Shown here: one piece after another, positions 19,517-28,919 of the stretch | Layout: each line of letters starts with the position of its first letter | Position numbering within the stretch: the first letter of the stretch is position 1 | NCBI GenBank assembly: GCA_001543005.1 | Contig: LFLB01000031.1 | Span: 2,637 to 66,636 of the forward strand | Reading direction: 5' to 3' | DNA from: Candidatus Spongiihabitans thiooxidans | GTDB taxonomy: Bacteria; Pseudomonadota; Gammaproteobacteria; Arenicellales; Poriferihabitantaceae | Length of the DNA: 64,000 bases | Program-made: the position numbers and the translations under genes | The notes under the pieces: generated by a model | Database searches by the model: none | The model's input: only the letters and a program-made list of their open reading frames with translations | What the model was told of the DNA's origin: nothing

Positions 19517-19674
19517 ACCGACGTGCGCGGTCTGTCCGGCGCGACTTGTCGATGGCAACCTGTTAAGAGCCCGGTTAAGCGTCATCTGCCGGTCACAGTG
19601 ATTTTATGGTAGATTATTGCCATTAAATATTTGGAGACTCGCAAGGCGCGATGTTTCGTACCTTAACATTATAA

Positions 19675-20265
19675 TTGATGCTGAACATCACCCAACCCAT
19701 ACTCAGAACCGATGTGTCGGGAATGCCTCTGGAATGGATTCATTTCAGGCACGCCGTAACCCTGATTACCTTGGACCAGGTGGCTTATACCTGCGGTGAA
19801 TTTGTGATGACGGTAAGAGGCGGCATAAACCGCCGTACCCAATGTCAAAGCAAACTTGAGGTTAATTCAATTCTGGCGACCTGTGGCGCCAGTCAGGCCG
19901 ATAGAAAAGGACGCGACAGATATACGCCACCGTTGCATAATATCCCGCTTTTTCAACGAGATGCGTGTATTTGTTTATATTGTGGTGAGCAATTTAAACC
20001 GGCGGCATTGTCCCGAGATCACGTCACGCCATTCTCCCAGGGTGGGCAGGATAGTTGGAATAATGTGGTGACTGCTTGCGTTCGATGCAATAATTTCAAG
20101 GCCGGCAGAACGCCGGAACAGGCAGGCATGAAATTAATTGCGGTGCCATTCACGCCCACCCACGCAGAATATGTTTATTTGCAGGGCCGGAGAATTCTTG
20201 CTGATCAAATGGAATTTTTGAAATCCCATTTCCCCAGGACCAGTCCACTACATCAGCGAATTTGA
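19675..20265 (+). CDS. Stand-alone HNH endonuclease family protein
   Basis: The HNH core reads C.YCG...LSRDHVTPFSQGGQDSWNNVVTACVRCNNFKAGRTPEQAGM. Confidence 0.8.
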   Translation: MMLNITQPILRTDVSGMPLEWIHFRHAVTLITLDQVAYTCGEFVMTVRGGINRRTQCQSKLEVNSILATCGASQADRKGRDRYTPPLHNIPLFQRDACICLYCGEQFKPAALSRDHVTPFSQGGQDSWNNVVTACVRCNNFKAGRTPEQAGMKLIAVPFTPTHAEYVYLQGRRILADQMEFLKSHFPRTSPLHQRI

Positions 20266-20320
20266 CTCCACCCCAATAAAACACTAACACTAGCACTTAA
20301 CATAGTATCTGGAACTAGAC

Positions 20321-21313
20321 ATGTCATCATTTCGGGCTTTTAGAATTCATCAAGTTGAAAAAAATATAGTTGCAAAATTCGAGGATATGACGGTCGATGG
20401 ACTGACCGAGGGCGAGGTCGTTATCAGCGTTAAGTGGTCCGGGATAAACTTCAAGGACGTGTTGGCGGTCACCGGCAACGGAAAGATTTTACGCCAATAT
20501 CCGCTAAACGGCGGTATTGATCTTTCCGGTGTGGTAATGAGTTCAACCGATGATCGATTTAAGCAAGGCGATGAGGTTTTGGTGGCCGGATGCGGGTTGT
20601 CTGAAACCGCTGATGGTGGATACGCTGAAGTTGCCAGAGTCAAAGGCGACTGTGTTGTTGCCTTGCCGGAAGGGCTAAGTTTGAGGGAGTCGATGGCCTT
20701 GGGCACTGCCGGGTTTACCGCGGCCATGGCCGTAGTGCGCATGGAAACCAATGGCCAAACGCCAGATGATGGCCCAATAGTCGTCACCGGCGCAAGCGGC
20801 GGCGTTGGCAGCATTGCCATAGATATCCTTACTTCAAATGGCTATCAGGTGACTGCTTTCACAGGAAAAAAAGACCAACACGATTACTTAAAACAACTGG
20901 GCGCCAGTGAGTTCATCGATAGACATACCATCGAAATGGGCACCCGGCCGCTTGAATCGGCAATCTGGGGCGGCGCCGTGGATAATGCTGGCGGAGAAAC
21001 GCTGGCCTGGCTTACCCGAACCGTGAAACCTTGGGGAAATATCGCTAGCATTGGCTTGGTGGATGATTACAAACTCAACACCACAGTGATGCCTTTTATC
21101 TTGCGCGGCGTCTCCCTGCTGGGCATCAATTCCATTGAAATGCCTAATCATATTCGCAACCAGATATGGAGCAGCCTGGGCGCCGAATTAAAACCCAGAC
21201 ATCTGGATAACATCGTCACCAATGAAATCGCGTTTGAATATTTGGCCAGTGCATTTGACAATTATCTAAATGGCAGCAATTGGGGTCGAACCCTGGTAAA
21301 AATTCAGGACTAA
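20321..21313 (+). CDS. acuI: YhdH/AcuI-family NADPH-dependent quinone oxidoreductase-like enzyme (acrylyl-CoA reductase family)
   Basis: It is colinear with E. coli YhdH, for example WSGINFKDVLAVTGNGKI.R.YP...GIDLSGVV, GTAGFTAA and VVTGASGGVGS.A. Confidence 0.8.
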   Translation: MSSFRAFRIHQVEKNIVAKFEDMTVDGLTEGEVVISVKWSGINFKDVLAVTGNGKILRQYPLNGGIDLSGVVMSSTDDRFKQGDEVLVAGCGLSETADGGYAEVARVKGDCVVALPEGLSLRESMALGTAGFTAAMAVVRMETNGQTPDDGPIVVTGASGGVGSIAIDILTSNGYQVTAFTGKKDQHDYLKQLGASEFIDRHTIEMGTRPLESAIWGGAVDNAGGETLAWLTRTVKPWGNIASIGLVDDYKLNTTVMPFILRGVSLLGINSIEMPNHIRNQIWSSLGAELKPRHLDNIVTNEIAFEYLASAFDNYLNGSNWGRTLVKIQD

Positions 21314-21315
21314 TT

Positions 21316-22623
21316 ATGACTGGGACAGATAGCGCGCTAAAACGCAGTTTTCACAGAAAGCCGGACAATACGCCAAACGATAATGATCGCATTGAGACTG
21401 GTCCGAGCCAGTTAGCTTTTGATGAATGGGCGGCGCTGGACTTGCCGCCGCCGGACCTGGTGGCGTTGCGTCAGTATCGCCTGGAGCGGGTCAAACAGCA
21501 GTTGCGCCAACGCGACTATGCCGGCATCTTGTTGTTCGACCCGCTTAATATTCGCTATGCCACCGACAGTGCCAATATGCAGCTTTGGATTATGCATAAC
21601 CAGGCCAGAGGCTGTTTTATCGCCACCGATGGTCCGGTGGTGATGTTTGATTTTCATAATTGCGAACACCTGAACCAGCATCTGCCGTTGATTGACGAGG
21701 TGCGCAATATGACCAGTTTTTTCTATTTTCTGGGTGGCGCAAGGAGCGCCGAATTCGCGGCAAAATTCACCGCGGAAATTGATCAACTCTTGCGCCAACA
21801 CGGTGCCGGGAATCGCCGCCTGGCGGTGGACCGACTGGAAATAGTCGGGGTTCGAGCCCTGGATCGTGCGGGTATCGAGATCATGGACGGAATGGAGTTG
21901 ATGGAAACGGCGCGGGAAATAAAAAACCACAATGAAATTCGCGCCATGAAGTGTGCGGTCGCCGCTTGCGAGGCGGCTCTGGTTGAGTTTGAACATGCAA
22001 TGCAACCGGGAATTAGCGAAAATGAACTCTGGGCTTACCTGCATTTTGGCAATATCAAACGTGGTGGAGACTGGATTGAAACCCGGATTTTATCATCGGG
22101 ACCAAGAACAAATCCGTGGATGTCTGAGTGCGGCCCGAGAATTATTCAGGATGGAGATATGGTTGCGCTTGATACCGATTTGATTGGTGTTTACGGCTAT
22201 TGTGTGGATATATCACGTACCTGGGTTGCCGGCGACGTGAAAGCGACTGCACAACAGAAACAACTTTTCCAGGTTGCCCATGAACATATCATGGAAGATA
22301 TGGAGTTGCTTAAACCGGGATTGACCTTTAAAGAGTTAACCTTTGGCGGCAATCGACTCAAGCAGAAATATCGTCAGCGGCAGTATGGGGTTAAATATCA
22401 TGGCGTGGGATTGTGCGATGAATATCCGGCGATCATGTACCCCGAAAATTGGGAATCCAGCGGCTATGATGGTGTGTTGCAGCCTGGAATGTGTTTATGT
22501 GTGGAAGCCTATATCGGCGAAGTTGGCGGCAAGCAAGGGGTCAAACTTGAGGATCAGGTTTTGATTACAGAAACGGGTTATGAGTTGCTGACGCTTTTTC
22601 CATACGACCAAAAGTTGGTTTAA
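21316..22623 (+). CDS. dddP: M24 (pita-bread) metallopeptidase-fold protein, DddP-like DMSP lyase candidate
   Basis: Several blocks match my recollection of roseobacter DddP proteins: LLFDPLNIRYATDSANMQLW, GGDWIETR.LSSGPRTNPW..ECGPR, DTDLIGVYGYCVDISRTW, HGVGLCDEYP and KLEDQVLITETGYELLT. The metal-ligand pattern seen is D-x-D-x9-D ... H-x34-E-x14-E. The start lies 2 nt after the acuI stop. Confidence 0.6.
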   Translation: MTGTDSALKRSFHRKPDNTPNDNDRIETGPSQLAFDEWAALDLPPPDLVALRQYRLERVKQQLRQRDYAGILLFDPLNIRYATDSANMQLWIMHNQARGCFIATDGPVVMFDFHNCEHLNQHLPLIDEVRNMTSFFYFLGGARSAEFAAKFTAEIDQLLRQHGAGNRRLAVDRLEIVGVRALDRAGIEIMDGMELMETAREIKNHNEIRAMKCAVAACEAALVEFEHAMQPGISENELWAYLHFGNIKRGGDWIETRILSSGPRTNPWMSECGPRIIQDGDMVALDTDLIGVYGYCVDISRTWVAGDVKATAQQKQLFQVAHEHIMEDMELLKPGLTFKELTFGGNRLKQKYRQRQYGVKYHGVGLCDEYPAIMYPENWESSGYDGVLQPGMCLCVEAYIGEVGGKQGVKLEDQVLITETGYELLTLFPYDQKLV

Positions 22624-22699
22624 TAATTGAAAAGGGTATATTTTCGACTTGGTTTGCCTTCGCGCACTATCCGTGTTATCTGGTTTCGACGTCAACTAT

Positions 22700-23105
22700 G
22701 AAATTTTTCTAGCAGACTTGATGCCCACTGGGGAGCATGGTTTTTCTTCCAGTTACCGCCGCATACTTATTTACTTTCATCCATGTCGGATAGGCGTGAA
22801 TGGTTCCGAGGATTTTATTCAACCCAATCCGTGACGCATAGCGAGTACGAATTCAGCAATTAGGTTGCCGGCGTGTTTGCCGATTATGGTAACGCCAAGA
22901 ATTTTATCTTTGCCCGATCAAGTTCGCCAAGACCGTACCGGGTCACTTCGTATTTAATATTTTGTTGGTTTGCATCCGGTTCGTTTAAGTCCCGGATAGT
23001 ATCCGAAGTGTAATAACTGATTTTATCGATACCCTCAATAGGTGCACGAACGGTGAGCCACTCGCACCGGTTACGATAAGGTTGGCATCATATTTTGCCC
23101 CATAT
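22700..23105 (-). pseudogene. Decayed remnant of a FAD-dependent pyridine nucleotide-disulfide oxidoreductase (dihydrolipoamide dehydrogenase/mercuric reductase-like)
   Basis: My reverse-strand reading finds several fragments. KYDANLIVTGA matches the Rossmann start. PIEGIDKISYYTSDTIRDL jumps directly to IKYEVTRYGLGELDRA. Then comes DKILGVTIIGKHAGNLIAEFVLAMRHGLG, followed by a stop/frameshift and LNKILGTIHAYPTW. Large internal deletions and frame breaks are evident. Confidence 0.6.
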
Positions 23106-23801
23106 TTAACCGGCCTTGTTTTTAATTGCCTTGTTTTTAATGAGTGTCAGGACATATTTCGCCACGTAAGGAAATATCGCCAGCAACACAAAAGAGGCGA
23201 TTAGTCCTGGCGACAAAAGTCCTTTGAGCGAGTCAATCTTGGCAAGTTGGGTTCCGGCATTAACAAACACCATGCTGCCCGGCGCCATACCAAGTAATGA
23301 GGCAAAAAAATAAGTAACTGTTTTTATTGAGGTCAATCCCATCAAAAGATTGATTGCAAAAAATGGAATCACCGGCACCAGGCGCATGGAGAATAAATAT
23401 AACGCGCCTTCGGCACGAAAGTTTTTACGAATCTTTACCACACGCTGGCCCATTTTCGCTTGCACCCAATCATCGAACAGATATCGTGCGACTAAAAAAG
23501 CAAGGGTTGCGCCAATGGTTGCGGACACCAAGGCGATGATTGATCCCCAGATAAAACCGAATATTGCGCCACTGCAAAGGGTCAGCACCAAGGCTCCAGG
23601 TATGGATGCTGCGGTAACTGCGATATAAATTGATGCGAATATCAATCCAGTTAATAACGGTTTTTCTTCTTTAAACGCAATCAATTGTCCTAATCTTGAT
23701 TTTATATATTCCAGATTCAGATACTTTTCCGGCCCAATATAAATCAACAGACCGACAATAAGTAATATCGCAATGATCAGCGCTATTTTTCCTTTCGACA
23801 T
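23106..23801 (-). CDS. TVP38/TMEM64 (DedA-related) family membrane protein
   Basis: 231 aa and polytopic. The segment R.VPVIPFFAINLLMGLT is typical of the family. Confidence 0.85.
   Translation of the reverse strand: MSKGKIALIIAILLIVGLLIYIGPEKYLNLEYIKSRLGQLIAFKEEKPLLTGLIFASIYIAVTAASIPGALVLTLCSGAIFGFIWGSIIALVSATIGATLAFLVARYLFDDWVQAKMGQRVVKIRKNFRAEGALYLFSMRLVPVIPFFAINLLMGLTSIKTVTYFFASLLGMAPGSMVFVNAGTQLAKIDSLKGLLSPGLIASFVLLAIFPYVAKYVLTLIKNKAIKNKAG
23113..23142. repeat. 15-bp in-frame tandem duplication at the 3' end of the TVP38 gene (encodes KNKAIKNKA)
   Basis: Read directly from the sequence. Confidence 0.9.
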
Positions 23802-24020
23802 GAGATGTTGTTGTAGTTTGCTATTGTTCCAAATCCGGAAATCATGATCATGGTGTAAATTACCGTAGCAGTGCTTCTTGCGGACACCCTGATTTTGAAA
23901 AGTTTATAACCCGGGTTGTTCTCAAACGCGTTGATGATGATCCCAGATCAATGCTGCTGGCGGCGAATAATCAATAAAGTTGCGTTTGCCATATCAGTTG
24001 CCGCAAGAATCAATACTAAA

Positions 24021-25271
24021 TTACCCGTTGATTTTGCCAATCAACGCATCAGCGAAGTTGCTGGTCGATAATGTGGTCGCGCCCTCCAGCAATCTGGCGA
24101 AGTCATAGGTGACGGTTTTGTCTGCCATCACCGAAATGAAAGCCTCGGTTATTAAATCAGCGGCCTGATTCCAGCCAATATATTCCAACATCATTACTCC
24201 CGAAAACATCAACGATGATGGATTGACTTTATTCTGATTCGCATATTTCGGCGCGGTGCCGTGAGTGGCCTCGAAAACCGCGATGTGATCGGCAATATTG
24301 GCGCCGGGCGCGATGCCGACGCCGCCCACTTCCGCGGCCACCGCATCGGACAAGTAGTCGCCATTTAAATTCATTGTGGCAAGCACCTCAAATTCAGCCG
24401 GGCGTAATTGTAGCAGTTGAAAAATAATATCGGCGATTCGATCTTTCACCAATATTTTACCCTCAGGTATAGTGCCATTATGTTCATCCCAAAGCTCTTG
24501 TTCGGTAACGATGTGGTCACGGAATTCTTCTTTTGCAACTTCATAACCCCAATTTCGAAATGCACCTTCGGTGAATTTCATGATATTACCTTTATGTACC
24601 AGGGTTACGTCGGTTTTGTTATTGTCGATTGCATATTGGATCGCTTTTCTGACCAAGCGTTTGCTGGCGAATGGGCTGATTGGCTTGACGCCGAGACCCG
24701 CATCTTCAAAAAACTCCGCGCCCATTTCTTCGCGCAAGAACTTCGCCAGTTTTTTATTGGCATCCGAGCCGCTTTCATATTCGATGCCGGCGTAAACGTC
24801 CTCGGTGTTTTCACGAAAAATAATCACATCGACTTCCTCCGGTTTTTTCAGTGGAGAAGGCACGCCGGAGTAATATCGCACTGGTCGAACGCAGGCATAC
24901 AAATCCATTTTCTGGCGCAATGAAACATTCAAGGAACGAAAACCGCCACCAATCGGCGTAGTCAGCGGGCCTTTTATAGAAACAATCAACGCCTTCATGG
25001 CGTCCAATGTTTCCGCCGGAAAATAATCGCCCGCATAAATGCCCGCGGCTTTTTCCCCCATGTATAACTCGCACCAATGAACTTTGCGTTTTCCGCTATA
25101 GGCTTTTTCTATCGCTGCATCCCACACGCGCAACGATGCCGCGGTTATATCCGGGCCAATGCCATCGCCCTCCACAAATCCAAGGATAGGTTGCTTCGGT
25201 ACAACCAGCTTGTCGTTCTTTATCGTGATTTTCTCGCCGCTTTCCGGCAGTTTGATATGTTGATAGGTCAT
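24021..25271 (-). CDS. icd: NADP-dependent isocitrate dehydrogenase (homodimeric type)
   Basis: 416 aa. The blocks [43 protein letters not shown] and GTAPKYA are Icd-typical. Confidence 0.95.
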   Translation of the reverse strand: MTYQHIKLPESGEKITIKNDKLVVPKQPILGFVEGDGIGPDITAASLRVWDAAIEKAYSGKRKVHWCELYMGEKAAGIYAGDYFPAETLDAMKALIVSIKGPLTTPIGGGFRSLNVSLRQKMDLYACVRPVRYYSGVPSPLKKPEEVDVIIFRENTEDVYAGIEYESGSDANKKLAKFLREEMGAEFFEDAGLGVKPISPFASKRLVRKAIQYAIDNNKTDVTLVHKGNIMKFTEGAFRNWGYEVAKEEFRDHIVTEQELWDEHNGTIPEGKILVKDRIADIIFQLLQLRPAEFEVLATMNLNGDYLSDAVAAEVGGVGIAPGANIADHIAVFEATHGTAPKYANQNKVNPSSLMFSGVMMLEYIGWNQAADLITEAFISVMADKTVTYDFARLLEGATTLSTSNFADALIGKING

Positions 25272-25475
25272 TTTCGCTGTTGTGATTATTTGGGGATTGC
25301 TCGGAGTTGGTGATCAGGCATTCTTGTTTACGATAAAATAAATGAGGCTGGCACCTAATAAATTATCCAGGGTAGCGCCTGATATTGATTTAATGCGATT
25401 TAATAGCATATCTCTCCCTGACCATCCGAATAAGTAATATCTTGTTCAATAAAGACCAGACGAAATCGCATCAGT

Positions 25476-25742
25476 CTAAATTTTGCTCTTGAGTATTGTA
25501 TCCGAAATCAGGACAGCTTTCTTTGCCGCTTTCATTAAGGACTTCATCAACTTTTCGTACTCGGTGTAAACACTTATCATCTCGCGCTTTGCAATTTCAT
25601 CTGTTGGGTCATCCCAAACAGCATTCTCCAGATTGCCTATATCCTTCTGCATGTTATTTAGTGTCCACCAGCGACACCACCGGTCATAGTCCATCTCTAG
25701 CTCTTCACTACGTTCACTATAAGATTTTATTTTTTCGTTCAT
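25476..25742 (-). CDS. Hypothetical small protein (88 aa from the ATG; no family recognised)
   Basis: ORF MNEKIKSYSERSEELEMDYDRWCRWWTLNN... has a GAGG-like Shine-Dalgarno (SD) sequence ~10 nt upstream. It is the last gene of the AT-rich islet. Confidence 0.4.
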   Translation of the reverse strand: MNEKIKSYSERSEELEMDYDRWCRWWTLNNMQKDIGNLENAVWDDPTDEIAKREMISVYTEYEKLMKSLMKAAKKAVLISDTILKSKI

Positions 25743-25813
25743 ATCTAACACCAACCTCTGTTTGGACGCTTGCGGCGACCTTGTGTTCTTCAGAATACCC
25801 TGAATTTGCCAAA

Positions 25814-25999
25814 TTAAAAATTGTGAACAAGATTCGCTAAATCAGAATACGTGTAAGTTTCAATCATTTTACCAGATAAGCATGCATACAAGTTTTTCCC
25901 ATCCCACTCCAAATTATCATAGGGTTCGGTGGTGGTCTTGAAATACTGTTGAATCAAATCATACTGCCGTTGCAGTCTTTCATGCTCTTGCAATTTCAT
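25814..25999 (-). CDS. Hypothetical 61-aa protein, translationally coupled to the upstream nuclease(-pseudo)gene
   Basis: Its ATG overlaps the stop of the upstream frame by 4 bp (25996-25999). No family was recognised. Confidence 0.35.
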   Translation of the reverse strand: MKLQEHERLQRQYDLIQQYFKTTTEPYDNLEWDGKNLYACLSGKMIETYTYSDLANLVHNF

Positions 26000-26712
26000 G
26001 GCAGATCTCCCAAGAGATTAGTCTTCATGCTTTGCCCATGCCAATTAGCCAATTTATCATAATTTATAAACTCAACCCTTTTCTGTATGGGGTGATATTC
26101 ATCGCGCGATATTTTTTCTTTGAATTCATGTCCTCTACTTTGATTGGATACAATATAAAATTTTATGTTGAAATCTTGTAACGCAATATATTTAGACAAC
26201 GCGTTGGTGAAATCAGTTGAATGTTCAACCTCAAACGCAGCATACGGCATATTGCGTCTGTTGAACCAGACAACATCAATCATGCGTGCCCGGTTCACTG
26301 TGTTTTGATAACTAAACTTGTAGATTTATTGCAATTTTCTCGTCTCTCCCAAAGTGGTATTCAGGAAAATTTTATTTTTGTCTTGGTTGGGAGCAAATGT
26401 TTGGTAGTTTTGTATATTCCCAATCTCTAGCAACAGCCCCTGATAATAATAATGGTTTAGTTTCTCTCTCTTGTCAGCAGGTTGGCTCTCACCGATCAAG
26501 TCACCGAGGTTTTCTTGGTAGGTATTCAGCCCCCACAACCCAGGTTTTATTCTGAAAAAATATTTGTGTTCTGAACAATGCGACGAATGGTTGCGTAAGG
26601 CGTACCCGTTCCCCAACTGCTGATATCCACCATTTGGTTTAACTTTCCTAAAGTGGCAAAGCCACCAAGATTCTCCATAACTTCAATAACTTGGTCACGT
26701 TGAGACATAACT
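25996..26712 (-). pseudogene. Disrupted gene for a winged-helix (HARE-HTH-like) + PD-(D/E)xK restriction-endonuclease-fold protein
   Basis: My reverse-strand translation from ATG 26712 reads MSQRDQVIEVMENLGGFATLGKLNQMVDISSWGTGTPYATIRRIVQNTNIF. The frame is lost at a T6 run near 26550. The shifted frame continues FRIKPGLWGLNTYQ...HYYYQGLLLEIGNIQ...LGETRKLQ. An in-frame TAA follows at 26323-26325. The same frame then continues ...RMIDVVWFNRRNMPYAAFEVEHSTDF..., a nuclease core. Confidence 0.55.
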
Positions 26713-27051
26713 ATTGCCTGAGATAATTGCGTTTGTGGATACTGTGGTTCTCAAAAATTTTGCGCCAACTATAAACTACCGAAAATGCAATCAAAAGATG
26801 TTGCAGATTCCTTTCTCAAAGCGCTTTCGGAAATTGGTAAACTTCCCCGCCAATCCTGGAAACGGGACTTTAGTTCTGCTATCCTGGCAACGGCTCTGTA
26901 CGGCTAAAGCCACGCTTCCGGCAATGATACAAAAGTCTTATCTCCGCTATTTGCTCATGTATTTTCATCTATTAAAACGCCTGTTAGTAAATCCCATAAT
27001 TCCGAAATTATAACCTATTCATTCAGCGCCTTTACATTCTAATCACCGGCG

Positions 27052-27546
27052 TTAGCGGTAATGGTATTCAATACATTCATTTTTATTCGGCCCGACTACC
27101 TTCCAAATCATCCGCACTTTTTTATCGGTGTGGGTAAGCTCCAACGTGTAGCTATCTTCATTACAGATATGTGGCGTTACCGTATGCCATTGCCGCTTTC
27201 CTGTGGCTACGAGTGCAATCAATTGCACGGGATTATCCGCGCCATATCGAAGGTGCGCCAGTTGTATCGAATTTTGCTCTTCATTTAACCGCCATCGATA
27301 CCGATTTGAAAACCTCAGTTCGGCGCCCGCGTGGGTGGTCCATTTTCCGGCTTCTGAAAAAGTCATGGTTTTATCGTCTATCACGGCAACCACCACAGTC
27401 CCCGTACCACTGCCATTCCAGCCGGTTTCGCCGTTGCTGGACTTGGCAGTAAAGCAAACTTCGGAGGTATTTTTCAGACTGCTCCAAAGGGCGATCCCTG
27501 AAGTAATCTCTGAAGTAATTCTTGTGGCTGGGCGACTTCGCTCCAC
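27052..27546 (-). CDS. Hypothetical protein, possibly DUF6314-like beta-barrel
   Basis: 164 aa. The pattern F.EAG.W......L.F.N.YRW.........I...H.......H.C..D.Y.......W.V.GP.K resembles what I recall of DUF6314. The family call is tentative. Confidence 0.45.
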   Translation of the reverse strand: MERSRPATRITSEITSGIALWSSLKNTSEVCFTAKSSNGETGWNGSGTGTVVVAVIDDKTMTFSEAGKWTTHAGAELRFSNRYRWRLNEEQNSIQLAHLRYGADNPVQLIALVATGKRQWHTVTPHICNEDSYTLELTHTDKKVRMIWKVVGPNKNECIEYHYR

Positions 27547-27573
27547 TTTCTATATTTGCCGCTTTAATATTGA

Positions 27574-28827
27574 TCAGTGGTTTATTGCGTGGTCCAGCGC
27601 CATCAGTATTTTTTCCACTTCTTCAGTGCTGTTGTAATGCACCAAAGAAATACGCACCACACCATCATCGGCATCAATACCCAGATCGGTGAGTAAGCGA
27701 TGAGCGTAAAAGTGCCCGCTTTCGCAGCCGATTCCCATATCCTGAATTTTTGTGGAAACCGCCAGCGCACTTTGTTTCAGAGGTTGAAAAGCGATGGTCG
27801 GCACTCTGTCATTATCCCGGGTATGGTTTTTGCCTATGAGTCGCACTTTGTCGTCATTACCTAGAAAATCCAGAATAGGTGCTGTCAATTCGGTTTCATA
27901 GGCGGATATCAACGAATGCAGTTGCGTCATTCGTTGTGGCGCCATTCTTTGTGGCGCGCGGGGGGTGTCCTTAAAATGATGCTGATGCAGCGCGTCGAAA
28001 TAGTCCAGCACCCCGGCGCAGCTTGCAACCTGAGCGTGTTGCGGCCCAGCTGGGTTGAATAATTTGCTGTCGCAGCCAGTGTTAAAGTAGTGGCATTGCG
28101 GCGTTAGACCGGAAACAATTTCCCGATTGACATACAACAAGCTTTGATGGGGTCCATACACCTTATACAAACTAAACGCATAACCATCCACCCCTAACTC
28201 CTTCAAGTCGCATATATGGTGCGGGGCCTGAGCCACCGCATCGACGAATACTTTTGCATTGGAATTCTGTTTGACTCGCCGGGTGATTTCGCTGACAGGA
28301 TTAGAGGTGCCAACGATATTAGAGCAATGCGCGAAAAATACCCATTTGGTATTTTGGTTGACCAGGCAATCGAGTTGTTCCAGATCAAGCAATCCGCTTT
28401 CAAGGTTGACTTTCCATTCACAAATTTCCGCACCTTTTTCTGCCGCTTTTCTGCGCCACACCCCGCTGTTGGCTTCGTGGTCTTGATTGGTGACAATAAT
28501 TTCGTCTGTTGCCCCCAAATCAACGCCTATCGCTTGGGCCATAACGTAAGTATTCATTGAGGTAGAGGGCCCTATGGTTAATTCATTGGCTGAGATATTA
28601 AGCGCCTCGGCCCAACCCTCAATCGCCCGATCCATTGCTTCCCCGGCCTGGCTTGATGGCGCATAACGCTCGTAAGGCTGCACCCTAGTGTGGGAATTGT
28701 AGTGGTTCATCAAGGTATTGACCTGATTAGCCACATAACTGCCCCCTGCGTTTGAACAAAACACAAATTCCGGGTTATCATGCAGCTGGTTGAATTGTTT
28801 TCTGACGAATTCGATGTCTAGTTTCAT
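27574..28827 (-). CDS. Class V aminotransferase-fold PLP-dependent enzyme (cysteine desulfurase/SufS-like)
   Basis: 417 aa. The pattern ...HEANS..W......G......HCSN.VGT...........VDAV..APH...D........FS.YK.YGP matches class V enzymes. Confidence 0.8.
   Translation of the reverse strand: MKLDIEFVRKQFNQLHDNPEFVFCSNAGGSYVANQVNTLMNHYNSHTRVQPYERYAPSSQAGEAMDRAIEGWAEALNISANELTIGPSTSMNTYVMAQAIGVDLGATDEIIVTNQDHEANSGVWRRKAAEKGAEICEWKVNLESGLLDLEQLDCLVNQNTKWVFFAHCSNIVGTSNPVSEITRRVKQNSNAKVFVDAVAQAPHHICDLKELGVDGYAFSLYKVYGPHQSLLYVNREIVSGLTPQCHYFNTGCDSKLFNPAGPQHAQVASCAGVLDYFDALHQHHFKDTPRAPQRMAPQRMTQLHSLISAYETELTAPILDFLGNDDKVRLIGKNHTRDNDRVPTIAFQPLKQSALAVSTKIQDMGIGCESGHFYAHRLLTDLGIDADDGVVRISLVHYNSTEEVEKILMALDHAINH
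27928..27957. repeat. 15-bp in-frame tandem duplication inside the aminotransferase gene (encodes RAPQRMAPQRM)
   Basis: Read directly from the sequence. Confidence 0.85.
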
Positions 28828-28919
28828 TAGTCTTTAATTTCTGGTAAAATCCCCCCATATACCATATATATCAGGCAAGATACATTTCCATGATATTATT
28901 TGCCGCAACGGACAATATT

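Larger units (their letters stand above)
25300..27050. other. AT-rich islet between icd and the DUF6314-like gene (visibly lower G+C than the flanks)
   Basis: Composition was judged by eye. The content is a decayed nuclease gene plus two tiny coupled ORFs, all on the minus strand. Confidence 0.5.

Noticed and set aside
26714-27013. A 99-aa plus-strand ORF in the AT-rich region upstream of the nuclease pseudogene.
   Set aside because: The translation is low-complexity and has no recognisable motif. It lies in what is most likely the promoter region of the divergent minus-strand genes.
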